A DNA stretch of 64,000 nucleotides. Origin: Patescibacteria group bacterium. GTDB taxonomy: Bacteria > Patescibacteriota > Microgenomatia > Levybacterales > UBA12049. The notes under the pieces are model-generated. The model did no database searches. It saw nothing but the letters and a program-made list of their open reading frames with translations, and was not told the DNA's origin. Both the position numbers and the translations under genes were made by a program. The stretch spans positions 630,615-694,614 of the forward strand of contig JBBTTO010000002.1 in NCBI GenBank assembly GCA_038064195.1, in the 5' to 3' direction. Below are positions 40,041 through 49,521 of this stretch, in pieces (positions within the stretch are counted from its first letter, which is position 1; each line of letters starts with the position of its first letter).

Positions 40041-41141
40041 ATGAATACCGTTATTTGCCCCCATTGTAAAAAAACGCTGGAAATATCTGAGGCGATTGCT
40101 CACCAGTACAAAGAAGAACTCCGAGCGGAAGAACGTAAACTGCTTCAAGCCGAACACGAGAAAAAGAGAGCCGAAGAAGCCGCTCTCCAGGAGAAAAAAC
40201 TTCGTGAAGAGTTTGAGGAAAAGAACAAACAAAAAGCAAAAGAGCTTGATGAAGTAAAGAAAAATGAAAAGGAGTTAAGAGAAAAGCTAGCTCTTGAAGA
40301 GCTTGAGGCAAAAAAAAGAGAGGCAAAGGTCAAAGAATTAGCAGAGGAAGAGATTACGAGAAAATTTCAACTGAGCTTACTTGAAGAGAAGAAAAAAAAC
40401 GCCGATATGCAAAAAGCGCTCGAAGAAGCACAAAGAAAAGCTAAGCAAAGCTCACAACAGCTTCAGGGGGAAGTACTTGAATTAGATCTGGAGGCAAAGC
40501 TAAAGGAAATGTTTCCATCAGACCTGTTTTCCCCGGTGCCAAAAGGCGTACAGGGAGGAGATATCTGGCAAAAAATTCTTTTTAAAGGCGTGGTGGTAGG
40601 ATCGATTCTCTGGGAAACTAAAAATACTAAAAATTGGAGTAAATCTTGGCTTCTCAAACTCAAAGAGGATGCTGGACGAGTCAATGCAACCGAATCGATT
40701 ATTGTCTCGGAAACGCTCCCTGGGGGAGTCACGCTCTTTGACAGACAGGAAGGGGTTTGGATTACCACTTATCAGTACGCCCTCACAACCTGCCGTTTTA
40801 TCAGATATCTGATTACCACGACTTCAGCCATGAAACTATCAACGTCACAAACTGATGAAGAGTGGGGGAAGGTGCGAGATTACATGCTCAGTGATGCTTT
40901 TAAACACAGAATGCAGACCCAGTTTGACAGTGCCAAGACCCTGCGTGAAGTGTTGGAAGCCGAAAAAAGAACTTCAATCCTGCGCTGGAAAAAGCAGGAA
41001 GCTCAGATAGAGAAATTGGATAATAATATGGTGAGTTTTTACGGAGAACTACGGGAAATTGTGCCTGACATCCCTAAAGTCGATGGAGTTAATTCATTTC
41101 TCCTCGAAGAAGGCTCCGGTGAAACAGAAACCATCTTTTAA
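40041..41141 (+). CDS. DUF2130-like protein: N-terminal CxxC zinc ribbon, ~130-aa K/E-rich coiled coil, C-terminal globular domain
   Basis: MNTVICPHCKK…, a long EEKK-rich heptad region, then GGDIWQKILFKGVVVGSILWETKNTKNWSKSWLLKLKED…. Domain call from memory of the family architecture. Confidence 0.5.
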   Translation: MNTVICPHCKKTLEISEAIAHQYKEELRAEERKLLQAEHEKKRAEEAALQEKKLREEFEEKNKQKAKELDEVKKNEKELREKLALEELEAKKREAKVKELAEEEITRKFQLSLLEEKKKNADMQKALEEAQRKAKQSSQQLQGEVLELDLEAKLKEMFPSDLFSPVPKGVQGGDIWQKILFKGVVVGSILWETKNTKNWSKSWLLKLKEDAGRVNATESIIVSETLPGGVTLFDRQEGVWITTYQYALTTCRFIRYLITTTSAMKLSTSQTDEEWGKVRDYMLSDAFKHRMQTQFDSAKTLREVLEAEKRTSILRWKKQEAQIEKLDNNMVSFYGELREIVPDIPKVDGVNSFLLEEGSGETETIF

Positions 41142-41745
41142 CGAAGAAAAGCTACTTCTTAAAAGTGGCTATCATAGTATAGCCGGTATTGACGAAGTCG
41201 GCAGGGGAGCTTTTGCCGGGCCTTTAGTCACAGCAGCAGTCATTTTTCAAGACAATTATTCCTTCAGAGATCCTGACCTCTATACAATTAACGATTCAAA
41301 AGTTCTTAGTCCCAGACAGCGAGAGAATTTAAGCGAAAAAATTAAAAAGGAAGCGCTTTGTTATAGCATCGCTGAGATCCCTGTTAACTACATTAATCAC
41401 TACGGAATCGGTAAGGCAGCACAACTTGGTTTTTATAAGGCTGCTCAAACTCTTTGCCATCAACCTGACTTCTGTCTTATTGATGCTTTTCCTATCTCTA
41501 GACTCAAAAAGTCAATACAAAAAGCAATAATTCACGGCGACTCTATATCTTATTCAATTGCAGCAGCCTCAATAATCGCCAAAGTGTATAGAGATAGCCT
41601 GATGCGAAAAATTCACTGTGATTATAGAGAGTATGACTTTGCCACCAATAAAGGCTACGGCACTCTCAAGCATCGGCAGCAAATCAAAAAACACGGCTTA
41701 TCTCCTGTGCACAGAACTTCTTTTAGCCTCAACAAATTTCTCTAG
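41083..41745 (+). CDS. rnhB: ribonuclease HII
   Basis: IAGIDEVGRGAFAGPLVTAAV… and the DSK / Y…D active-site motifs. Start uncertain; the track ORF begins at 41059, overlapping the upstream gene. Confidence 0.8.
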   Translation: MELIHFSSKKAPVKQKPSFNEEKLLLKSGYHSIAGIDEVGRGAFAGPLVTAAVIFQDNYSFRDPDLYTINDSKVLSPRQRENLSEKIKKEALCYSIAEIPVNYINHYGIGKAAQLGFYKAAQTLCHQPDFCLIDAFPISRLKKSIQKAIIHGDSISYSIAAASIIAKVYRDSLMRKIHCDYREYDFATNKGYGTLKHRQQIKKHGLSPVHRTSFSLNKFL

Positions 41746-41825
41746 CACGAACCGCTTGACAACCCGGTTGAGCCGGGTCTACGATCAATTTATACGGTAG
41801 CTTGTAGAGAAGGGAGGTGATAGAT

Positions 41826-42227
41826 ATGGATTTTAAAAATATTCTCACTCCTCGCGGATTTTTGACTGTTGGTGGTGTAATCCTCGTTCTTGTCGGTGTT
41901 CTCGGTATGGTCGGAGTTATCGGCCCGACCCCTGATAAAAGTCTTTTCGGTGCTTTCTGGTGGTTTGACAGCGCTGAAAATGTAGCTCATCTTGTTTTGG
42001 GAATTGTCGCTCTCGCGGCAGTTTACCTCATCAAAGATGCAGGGGTACATAAGCTGCTTGTCATTCTTGTCGGGCTTCTCGGTCTTGTTGTCGGTCTCTA
42101 TAACTTAATGGGGGACAACACAATGCTCCTTGGTGCCAGCCTGGAATCTCCGGCAGACTTGGTCCTTCACTTAGCAATAGGTGTATGGGGTCTTTACGCC
42201 GGCCTTATGGGATCAAAAACGGCATAA
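41826..42227 (+). CDS. hypothetical membrane protein (3–4 TM)
   Basis: ATG at 41826, 8 nt after GGGAGG. Hydrophobic helices throughout. Confidence 0.5.
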   Translation: MDFKNILTPRGFLTVGGVILVLVGVLGMVGVIGPTPDKSLFGAFWWFDSAENVAHLVLGIVALAAVYLIKDAGVHKLLVILVGLLGLVVGLYNLMGDNTMLLGASLESPADLVLHLAIGVWGLYAGLMGSKTA

Positions 42228-42247
42228 TGCCGTGATCTCTTTTCATC

Positions 42248-42285
42248 ATGAGTCTCGCCCACCGGTCGAGGCTCATTGATTTTTC
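42248..42285 (+). terminator. intrinsic terminator (10-bp stem ATGAGTCTCG/CGAGGCTCAT, then TGATTTTTCAATTT)
   Basis: Read directly; downstream of 41826..42227. Confidence 0.5.
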
Positions 42286-42355
42286 AATTTCTGAAAGGAT
42301 TTTATAAGGTTAGCATCAAGCTTGTCTCCCCAAGGAATACTAGAATAGCTTTAGT

Positions 42356-42556
42356 ATGAATCATGAATTTTCACCAACCACTATAAGAGAGGATGAATTC
42401 TACAAAAGATTCAGGGGGTTTGTAGAGGTCAAATATGGATGCCGGCAAGTTCCTAACCTACAAGGTGAAATACCTGTTAATTCCTTAGAAAGACTGCCGC
42501 AATCAGACTTTAAAGCTCCAGCTCCCGAAGAAACTTTTTCAGCCTATTATCACTAA
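42356..42556 (+). CDS. hypothetical small protein (doubtful)
   Basis: 66-aa ORF overlapping the 3' end of the convergent HD gene. No motif. Confidence 0.2.
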   Translation: MNHEFSPTTIREDEFYKRFRGFVEVKYGCRQVPNLQGEIPVNSLERLPQSDFKAPAPEETFSAYYH

Positions 42557-43085
42557 TAGACTTCTCCTTTGCATAGCTAAAGAGAATAACCCGCTGCTTC
42601 TCGGCAATAAGCTTAGCCAAAGCCAGTTTTTTTATCTGCAGGATATTGGGGGACACTTGCTTGATTTCATAGAGGAAGGAGATCAGATCACAGATCTTCA
42701 GATCGACCTCACAGTCCTCATTCCATTTAACTCTGAGGGCCTTGATGATCTTACTTTGAATAGCGTCCAGGTCTTTTTTTACTTGAGCTGCTTTAAACAT
42801 CGGCAGTATGTCACCGGTTACTGACTCATGGATATCGTGGAGAAGGGCATGGGTTACCAGCTCATTTGTCCTCTCAGGTGTGAATTTGTTAAAGCGTGCC
42901 CAGTAAAGCGCGATGAAAGCTGTAGCGACAGAGTGCATTCCGACATTCCACCCGCCTCCGAAGCCGCTCACGCCAAACGCGCGGGGGATATTAAAGATAT
43001 TCATCAAAAAATCGAGATTGGGATTTTTCTCAACGTGTGAAAGAAGGCCTTGAGGAGTAAAGATGTCTGAGGATTTGTATTTCAC
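42510..43085 (-). CDS. HD domain phosphohydrolase (YfbR-like 5'-deoxynucleotidase type)
   Basis: H…HD motif (THALLHDIHESVTGDI) and downstream D. 191 aa. Confidence 0.65.
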   Translation of the reverse strand: MKYKSSDIFTPQGLLSHVEKNPNLDFLMNIFNIPRAFGVSGFGGGWNVGMHSVATAFIALYWARFNKFTPERTNELVTHALLHDIHESVTGDILPMFKAAQVKKDLDAIQSKIIKALRVKWNEDCEVDLKICDLISFLYEIKQVSPNILQIKKLALAKLIAEKQRVILFSYAKEKSISDNRLKKFLRELEL

Positions 43086-43150
43086 ATCTGTGATTAAACA
43101 ATAGACTGCTTAAGAATGCAACATGTGTGCTGATTTGCTAAAATCAAGTC

Positions 43151-43696
43151 ATGACTCTAAAACCGTTTGTCATTAAAAACGAAAGAGAAACGGCTACTAA
43201 CAACCCCCATCTTGCAGTTGTCGATGCAACACTCATTACTCCAACCAGTAAAGAAGTTACCTGGAGCTATATCAAGACCAACGTTGCTGTTGGGATTCTT
43301 GCCATGGACTCAGATCAAAATGTCTACCTAAAACGGGAATGGCGACTTAACCAAAAATCATTTGTTTGGGAGTTACCGGCCGGATTTGTAGAAGAGGAGA
43401 ATCCGACAGAAGAACAGATACGATCAGCTGCGAATAGAGAACTGCAAGAAGAAGTTGGTATAAAGGCCAAAACGCTTGAAAAACTAGTGACTTTCTATCC
43501 ATCCAACCATATGTCGATGATTGCGCATATATATCTAGGGACTAATCTTAAAGAATCAACACTTGAACCTGATGAGCACGAGTATTTGGAGGTTAAAAAA
43601 CTTCCGATCCGTGAAGCTTATCAACTTGTTACAACTAACCAGATCCCAACCGCCCTGACCCTACTGGCATTTGAAACGATGCTTAAACTTAGGTGA
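43151..43696 (+). CDS. NUDIX hydrolase
   Basis: Nudix box GFVEEEENPTEEQIRSAANRELQEEVGI (GX5EX7REUXEEXGU). Confidence 0.8.
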   Translation: MTLKPFVIKNERETATNNPHLAVVDATLITPTSKEVTWSYIKTNVAVGILAMDSDQNVYLKREWRLNQKSFVWELPAGFVEEENPTEEQIRSAANRELQEEVGIKAKTLEKLVTFYPSNHMSMIAHIYLGTNLKESTLEPDEHEYLEVKKLPIREAYQLVTTNQIPTALTLLAFETMLKLR

Positions 43697-43765
43697 GCCT
43701 GGAAGGATTTGAACCTTCAACCAATACCTTAAGAGGGTACTGCTCTACCGTTGAGCTACAGGCCC
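43694..43765 (-). tRNA. tRNA-Lys(CTT)
   Basis: Reverse complement GGGCCTGTAGCTCAACGGTAGAGCAGTACCCTCTTAAGGTATTGGTTGAAGGTTCAAATCCTTCCAGGCTCA, anticodon loop CTCTTAA. Confidence 0.85.
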
Positions 43766-43851
43766 GCGTAAAATCACTTGGAACGTTCTACGTTCCTGCG
43801 CTCACACGCGGTGAACCGACAAAACTATTATGCTCGTCACGCGGCAAGCCA

Positions 43852-44118
43852 TTATTTTACATTACTTTTAATATAAATGCTTAGTTGTTTGTTTAAGAAC
43901 CTTCTTCCAGACCCACTTTTTAAAAAGCTTTCTCTTCCTGTGGCATCCTCTCTCAACAGGTATGCCTCGTAGTAAATGACCCTCCATGGCCTATATGGCT
44001 TAGTTGATATAACCAAGCCAGAGTTATGTTTTTCAAGTCTCTTATAAACATCATCTGGTGTATATCCTATATACCATTTCCCAGTATTTATGCTTTCCAG
44101 TAAATAAACAAAATACAT
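43852..44118 (-). CDS. small standalone GIY-YIG nuclease family protein (COG2827/URI-domain type)
   Basis: MYFVYLLESINTGKWYIGYTPDDVYKRLEKHNSG…IYYEA…R, the GIY…YIG, R and E/N motifs. Wedged between tRNA-Arg(TCG) and tRNA-Lys(CTT). Confidence 0.75.
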   Translation of the reverse strand: MYFVYLLESINTGKWYIGYTPDDVYKRLEKHNSGLVISTKPYRPWRVIYYEAYLLREDATGRESFLKSGSGRRFLNKQLSIYIKSNVK

Positions 44119-44175
44119 TTAAACTAGCTTGCAACGTGACCGATCGAACTAAATTTTCTGATCGGTTTTACGTTG

Positions 44176-44249
44176 TACGCCTGGAGGGACTTGAACCCCC
44201 GACCCCTTCGTCCGAAGCGAAGTGCTCTAATCCGCTGAGCTACAGGCGC
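44176..44249 (-). tRNA. tRNA-Arg(TCG)
   Basis: Reverse complement GCGCCTGTAGCTCAGCGGATTAGAGCACTTCGCTTCGGACGAAGGGGTCGGGGGTTCAAGTCCCTCCAGGCGTA, anticodon loop CTTCGGA. Acceptor has a G1·U72 pair. Confidence 0.7.
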
Positions 44250-44379
44250 GCGTGAACTCCTCGCTCATTGTAGCAAACTGAGCCTCGCAGAGCAATTAAT
44301 GCATCCTTTCCTACTGGACAATCGAGCTTTTTTCTTCATATACTTTACGAGGCGTTTGTGCCAATAGAATTTCTTCGTT

Positions 44380-45558
44380 ATGAATAAGATCATTGGTATA
44401 ATTTGTTTAACACTCTTTGGATCAGCTCTACTTTTTTCCTACAATCATAAATTGCAACAACCCAAGCTTATTCCCCTTGAGATTTCACCTCAAACAACCA
44501 CCTCCACACAAAAACCAAGAGGGGGAATACTACCTTTTCCTTTAACTGTCCCTAGTGGTTTTCATATAGGACTTTTTGCTGAGGGATTGGGTACCGCAAG
44601 AGACCTCGAGTTTACATCAGGAGGGACACTTTTGGTCTCAGATCCAAATGCTAACACTATCACCGCCTTAAAAGATAACGATGGAGATGGCCAAGCCGAC
44701 ATCAAGAGGGTTATTATCAGTGGCAGGAACGTTGTTCATGGAGTAGCTTTCCATAATGGACAGCTTTATGTCGCTGAGAAAAACAGCGTTGAGCTTTACT
44801 CCTGGGATGAATCCTCAATGCAAGCCACTCGTAACAAAACTGTAGTGACTTATCCGGGGAGTACTAATCACGTTAACCGAACATTAGTTTTTGGCGCTGA
44901 TAACAGAATGTATATCAACTTGGGCTCAACCTGCAACGTTTGTATTGAGAAAAACGCTGAAGAAGGAGCGATACTTGTTGCAAATACTGACGGCTCAGAC
45001 CTGCATATTTTTGCCAAAGGACAACGCAATGCGCCTTTTTTAGCCATTAACCCAATTACTCACCAACTATGGGCAACAGGGATGGGGGGAGACTATCTGG
45101 GTGATAACATACCCCCTGATGAAATTAATATCATTGAGGAAGGTAAGGATTATGGCTGGCCAATCTGTTATGGAGACAAAATTCATGATACTAGCTTTGA
45201 TAAAAAAGTATATCTCAGTGATCCTTGTCGCACCACTATCCCTCCGATTTACCAAATTGCAGCCCACGCTGCTCCTTTAGGACTGGCTTTTGTCCCGAGT
45301 ACTTTCAATACGAGCTGGACGAATGATTTAGTTGTTGCATATCATGGGTCGTGGAATCGCTCAATTCCGATCGGCTACAAAGTTGTCCTTATGAGAGTCA
45401 AAGGAGAATCAATAGGGGGTGAAGAGGACTTAGTTACAGGTTTTCTCAAAGATTCAGTAACCAGAGGCCGGCCGGTTGACGTAATTTTTGATAAAAATGG
45501 CAATTTGTATATCTCAGACGACAAAAGCGGAAATATTTATATTGTTTCATATAACTGA
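44380..45558 (+). CDS. PQQ-dependent sugar (glucose/sorbosone) dehydrogenase-like beta-propeller, N-terminal TM
   Basis: Six-bladed-propeller motifs (…GQLYVAE…, MYINLGSTCNVC, DEINIIEEGKDYGWPICYG, NLYISDDKSGNIYIV) typical of the soluble quinoprotein dehydrogenase family. Confidence 0.6.
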   Translation: MNKIIGIICLTLFGSALLFSYNHKLQQPKLIPLEISPQTTTSTQKPRGGILPFPLTVPSGFHIGLFAEGLGTARDLEFTSGGTLLVSDPNANTITALKDNDGDGQADIKRVIISGRNVVHGVAFHNGQLYVAEKNSVELYSWDESSMQATRNKTVVTYPGSTNHVNRTLVFGADNRMYINLGSTCNVCIEKNAEEGAILVANTDGSDLHIFAKGQRNAPFLAINPITHQLWATGMGGDYLGDNIPPDEINIIEEGKDYGWPICYGDKIHDTSFDKKVYLSDPCRTTIPPIYQIAAHAAPLGLAFVPSTFNTSWTNDLVVAYHGSWNRSIPIGYKVVLMRVKGESIGGEEDLVTGFLKDSVTRGRPVDVIFDKNGNLYISDDKSGNIYIVSYN

Positions 45559-45637
45559 GTCTCTACCTGTATTTTGCATCTTTTATACCTTTTGATATAC
45601 AATATCTCTATCCCTGGGAGAATCTGTCCTCAATCAT

Positions 45638-46219
45638 ATGGAAAAAGTCAAACTTCTTGTTAAAAAAGCCCGCTATTCATATAGAGGCTTGCCGGATAAA
45701 AAGCAGTACGTTGAGTTCTTTACAGCCGTTCTTACCGTACCTGTTCTGCTGACTGTAATTATCCTTAACTTAAATAACCTTCGCGCTAATAATAAAGCGA
45801 ATCAGCCGACTCCCACGCCAGTTCCTGTCAAAACAATTGTCGTTACCGTACCGGTTGCTAACCCCAGTAATAATTCCGCTACAAACCAAACACAACCCTC
45901 GCCTGAGGCGTGCAAAAAAGACATCGGACCGGTAAGTATTGATTTCCCTGAAGAAAAAGACGTGGTCACAGACAATCCTGTCCAAGTCGATATCAACTAC
46001 CTGCAAGGGACATATTGTGCGGTTGTTTGGGCATATAATGTTAACGGCGGTAAATTTTCGGACTTTGACGATAAGTCGATTGCTTTGTATAACCCTCCTC
46101 AGGGTGCAATTACGCTCCAGCTTAAAGTTAAAAGCATTGTGACTGGTGAACAAAAAGTTTTGACACGAACTTTTACTTACTCGGGATCGGGGAACACCGC
46201 CACATCATCTGCCCAATAA
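45638..46219 (+). CDS. hypothetical membrane-anchored protein
   Basis: 193 aa with a TM near residue 30 and a Thr/Pro-rich linker. No motif. Confidence 0.45.
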   Translation: MEKVKLLVKKARYSYRGLPDKKQYVEFFTAVLTVPVLLTVIILNLNNLRANNKANQPTPTPVPVKTIVVTVPVANPSNNSATNQTQPSPEACKKDIGPVSIDFPEEKDVVTDNPVQVDINYLQGTYCAVVWAYNVNGGKFSDFDDKSIALYNPPQGAITLQLKVKSIVTGEQKVLTRTFTYSGSGNTATSSAQ

Positions 46220-46220
46220 C

Positions 46221-48605
46221 ATGCCTAGAAATCTCCGCTCATTCCTTACATTTATTTTCGGATGGCCGCTTTCTCTCATTGCCCTTTTTTTCCTGGCAAA
46301 ATCTTTTTTACCCCACCTCAGCACACTCTCCCAAACAGTACTCCATCCTAACTGGATCTCGCTCTCTCTAGGATTTTTCTGTTTTGTCGGTTATTTTTAT
46401 GTGAGAAGCTTTATCTGGTACAAGCTGCTTTATCTACGGGGGCACGACCTTGATGCTACTGAATCACTTTTTCAGTGGTCCTTTGCCCAACTGAGAAGAT
46501 ACATCCCGGGGAATATCTGGGGGGTCGTTGGAGTCTCACTCCATTTTGAGAAAAAAAACGTATCCCGTAAAGATATTGCCGCCTCTGTTGTGACCGAGTC
46601 ACAACTGGTACTAATAGCGGCAGCCTTCCTCTCACTTTTTAGCCTTCCGCTTGTCATACAACTTGCTCCACTACCACAAATGCTGCTTACGCCTATTAGT
46701 ATTACCGTAATTATGGGTTCTTTGATTTATTTTTTCTCTAAATCAATACTTAAGAAGATTAGTTTTTCTTCAAAAATCACATCTTTTCTCTTTCCGTCGT
46801 TTTCTTTCGAGAAAATTTTATCTTTATGGCTGCTCATGATCATAGCCTTACTCGCATACGGGATCGGGACTTATTTTATTGTTACCAGCTTTACCTATCT
46901 TACTCCGCTTATGTTCTGGGCCTTTGTCGGCTACTTTGTCCTGAGCTTACTCGCCGGCTTTGTTTCCTTTATTACACCAACCGGACTGGGAGTGCGGGAA
47001 GGTGCAATAGCTCTCGGATTGGGGACCGTTATGTCTTCATCACTTGCAGCTTTTATCGCGATTGCAGCCAGAGGAGTGCTTATACTAAGTGAGCTTTTTG
47101 CCATAGGCATTATGTATTTTTTTCATAGGTTCAAAAGCCGACTCCTCCTGCGATGTATCCATTATTTGACAACGTACTCTCATAAGACAGTTCTGCTCTT
47201 CGCGTATGGTTTATTCGCAGGTTATTTTTCCTGGATCAGCATACTGCGCTTTGACAACTACTATGCCGGGAGATTTGATTTGGGGAATATGGAGCAGACT
47301 ATCTGGAATACGCTTCATGGCCACATTTTCGAATTTACCAACCCGAATGGTACTACCATAGTCTCACGACTTGCTTTTCATGCTGACTTTATCTTAGTAC
47401 TCCTGGCACCAATATACGCTCTCTGGCAGGATCCCCGGCTACTTCTTTTAATACAAACAGCTATTTTAGGACTGGGAGCTTTTTTTGTCTATGGATTGTC
47501 TACCTTAGTAACTAAGAACAAAAACGTCTCATTAGTCATATCTTTACTGTATCTTCTCAATCCGAGCCTTGAAAGAGCTGTCATCTACGATTTCCACGCT
47601 GTAACACTGGCAACGACATTTCTTCTCGGAGCTTTTTACTTCATGTACCAAAAAAAATATATCTGGTTCGTGCTTCTGGCAATTTTGGCAGGAATATGTA
47701 AAGAAGAGATTTGGGCAATAGACGCGCTTTTCGGATTGTATATCCTTGTATTCCAAAAGAAAAAAATGCTTGGGAGTACTGTGTTTGCGGGTTCAGTGTT
47801 AATTCTTTATACTCTCATCTGGAAAATTATACCCCAGGCAGCGGGCAGTCAGCACTTCGCTCTGTCTTACTATTCTAACGGGGAAGTGACTGACAGTCCG
47901 ACCAGCCTTATCAAACTCTTTCTTTTCTCACCCCTTAAGACTCTGTCACTCTTGATGGATTCAGCCCGCCTGATGTATCTTAACCAGCTTCTTTTGCCCA
48001 TCGGCTACCTGGGACTTTTAGCTCCGCTTTTTCTTATCTTTGCTTCACCTGATCTCGTAATCAATCTCTTGAGTTCAAAAGCAGAGCTACACCAGATCTA
48101 CTATCAATACTCATCAGCTATCACGCCCTTTCTTTTCATTTCTACAATTTTCGGAGCTGCTTTCGTACTTAAAAGATTAAAAAAAATCCCTGAAATCGTA
48201 CTCCTTGCCTATTTGGTCTGCGCAGGTTTGTATTCTGCATATCTTTACGGCCCGTTGCCCGGAGCAAAATCACCTAATCTTGATATGATCACTAAGCCCA
48301 TGCCGGATCGAATAACCATCAACAGACTATTAGGAGCTATCCCTTCTCAGTACTCAGTCTCCACCAGTAATAGCCTTGGTTCACACGTCACTCACAGGCA
48401 GTATCTCTTCACTATGCCATATGGCTGGGATAAAGCTGATTATATTATCTTTCTTATGAATGAGACCAATGCTTATCCCTCTCCCCAAGACCACAAAAAG
48501 CAAGCCGAAATTCTCTCCCGTAACCCTGAGTACACCAAGTACTACGACGACGGAAATGTTAAAGCTTTTCGCAAAAAGACCATCACCGCTCCGACCGGCC
48601 TCTGA
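46221..48605 (+). CDS. large polytopic membrane protein (flippase-like / LPG-synthase-type TM region fused to a DUF2079-like membrane domain)
   Basis: 794 aa and hydrophobic throughout. Family assignment by architecture resemblance; tentative. Confidence 0.5.
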   Translation: MPRNLRSFLTFIFGWPLSLIALFFLAKSFLPHLSTLSQTVLHPNWISLSLGFFCFVGYFYVRSFIWYKLLYLRGHDLDATESLFQWSFAQLRRYIPGNIWGVVGVSLHFEKKNVSRKDIAASVVTESQLVLIAAAFLSLFSLPLVIQLAPLPQMLLTPISITVIMGSLIYFFSKSILKKISFSSKITSFLFPSFSFEKILSLWLLMIIALLAYGIGTYFIVTSFTYLTPLMFWAFVGYFVLSLLAGFVSFITPTGLGVREGAIALGLGTVMSSSLAAFIAIAARGVLILSELFAIGIMYFFHRFKSRLLLRCIHYLTTYSHKTVLLFAYGLFAGYFSWISILRFDNYYAGRFDLGNMEQTIWNTLHGHIFEFTNPNGTTIVSRLAFHADFILVLLAPIYALWQDPRLLLLIQTAILGLGAFFVYGLSTLVTKNKNVSLVISLLYLLNPSLERAVIYDFHAVTLATTFLLGAFYFMYQKKYIWFVLLAILAGICKEEIWAIDALFGLYILVFQKKKMLGSTVFAGSVLILYTLIWKIIPQAAGSQHFALSYYSNGEVTDSPTSLIKLFLFSPLKTLSLLMDSARLMYLNQLLLPIGYLGLLAPLFLIFASPDLVINLLSSKAELHQIYYQYSSAITPFLFISTIFGAAFVLKRLKKIPEIVLLAYLVCAGLYSAYLYGPLPGAKSPNLDMITKPMPDRITINRLLGAIPSQYSVSTSNSLGSHVTHRQYLFTMPYGWDKADYIIFLMNETNAYPSPQDHKKQAEILSRNPEYTKYYDDGNVKAFRKKTITAPTGL

Positions 48606-48644
48606 CTCTTGTACATTAAGTCAGATCTTAGGTATGATAGATCT

Positions 48645-49472
48645 ATGCTTAATGTCATAAAAGCAGACGGTACGATTGAACCATATAGTGAGGAAAAGGT
48701 TAAAAACTCTATTAAAAGAGCGGGAGTATCACCTGAACTCCAGACAAAAGTGCTGTCTGACATTAAAGCAAAACTTTACGATAATATCCCGACCTATGAT
48801 ATCTATGGACTGATCACCAGTGCCCTCTCTCACTCCCCGGAGCCGTACAGTAAAGCCCGCTATAGTCTCAAACAAGCCATCATGCTCCTGGGTCCGACAG
48901 GGTATCCATTTGAGGATTTTGTTGCCCGGGTTTTTGAGGAGCACGGGTACCAAACCCAAACCAGACTCATCCTTAACGGACGATGTGTTACCCATGAAAT
49001 CGATGTACTAGCCGAAAAGGACGGTAAAAAAAGCATGGTTGAGGCAAAATTTCATAACAATCCGGGGACGCGTTCAGAAGTCCAGGTTGCTCTCTATGTT
49101 AAAGCACGCTTTGATGATGTGAAAGACAGGTACTCATTTGATGAGGCCTGGATTGTTACCAACACCAAAACGACCATGGATGCCAATTCTTACGCCGAGT
49201 GCAACAATATGAAAGTTATCAGCTGGAATTTTCCTGAAGGAGGAAGCCTGAGAGACCTTATCGAGTCAAGAGAGCTACACCCCGTTACTCTGTTAACAAC
49301 CCTGAACGCCAAACAAAAAGCTCACCTTTTGGCTAATCATACTATTTTGTGCAAAGATCTTAAAAAAAATCCGCAATTACTTGACGTATTAGGCCTGTCT
49401 CATGAGGAAAAGGAGCAGACCACATCTGAAGTGGCCTATATCTGCCAAAACACTCACCACCACGCCCCCTAA
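48645..49472 (+). CDS. ATP-cone domain fused to a Mrr-like PD-(D/E)xK restriction-endonuclease-fold domain
   Basis: N-terminal MLNVIKADGTIEPYSEEKVKNSIKRAG… (ATP-cone). Central …HEIDVLAEKDGKKSMVEAKFHN… (D…ExK nuclease core). Internal start preferred over track start 48609. Confidence 0.55.
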   Translation: MLNVIKADGTIEPYSEEKVKNSIKRAGVSPELQTKVLSDIKAKLYDNIPTYDIYGLITSALSHSPEPYSKARYSLKQAIMLLGPTGYPFEDFVARVFEEHGYQTQTRLILNGRCVTHEIDVLAEKDGKKSMVEAKFHNNPGTRSEVQVALYVKARFDDVKDRYSFDEAWIVTNTKTTMDANSYAECNNMKVISWNFPEGGSLRDLIESRELHPVTLLTTLNAKQKAHLLANHTILCKDLKKNPQLLDVLGLSHEEKEQTTSEVAYICQNTHHHAP

Positions 49473-49521
49473 TCCTACACACTCATGCAGCTTAACGGTA
49501 TTTTTCTTAGCCGGCAAGCTA

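Noticed and set aside
39954-40232. N-terminal extension of track ORF 39552..40232 with poly-Phe/Leu sequence
   Set aside because: It is the antisense of the K/E-rich (GAA/AAG) coiled-coil region of the DUF2130 gene. The real holin-like gene starts at the internal ATG ~39953.
43693-43884. 63-aa plus-strand ORF overlapping tRNA-Lys(CTT)
   Set aside because: Reads through a tRNA gene and a GIY-YIG gene on the opposite strand. Not coding.
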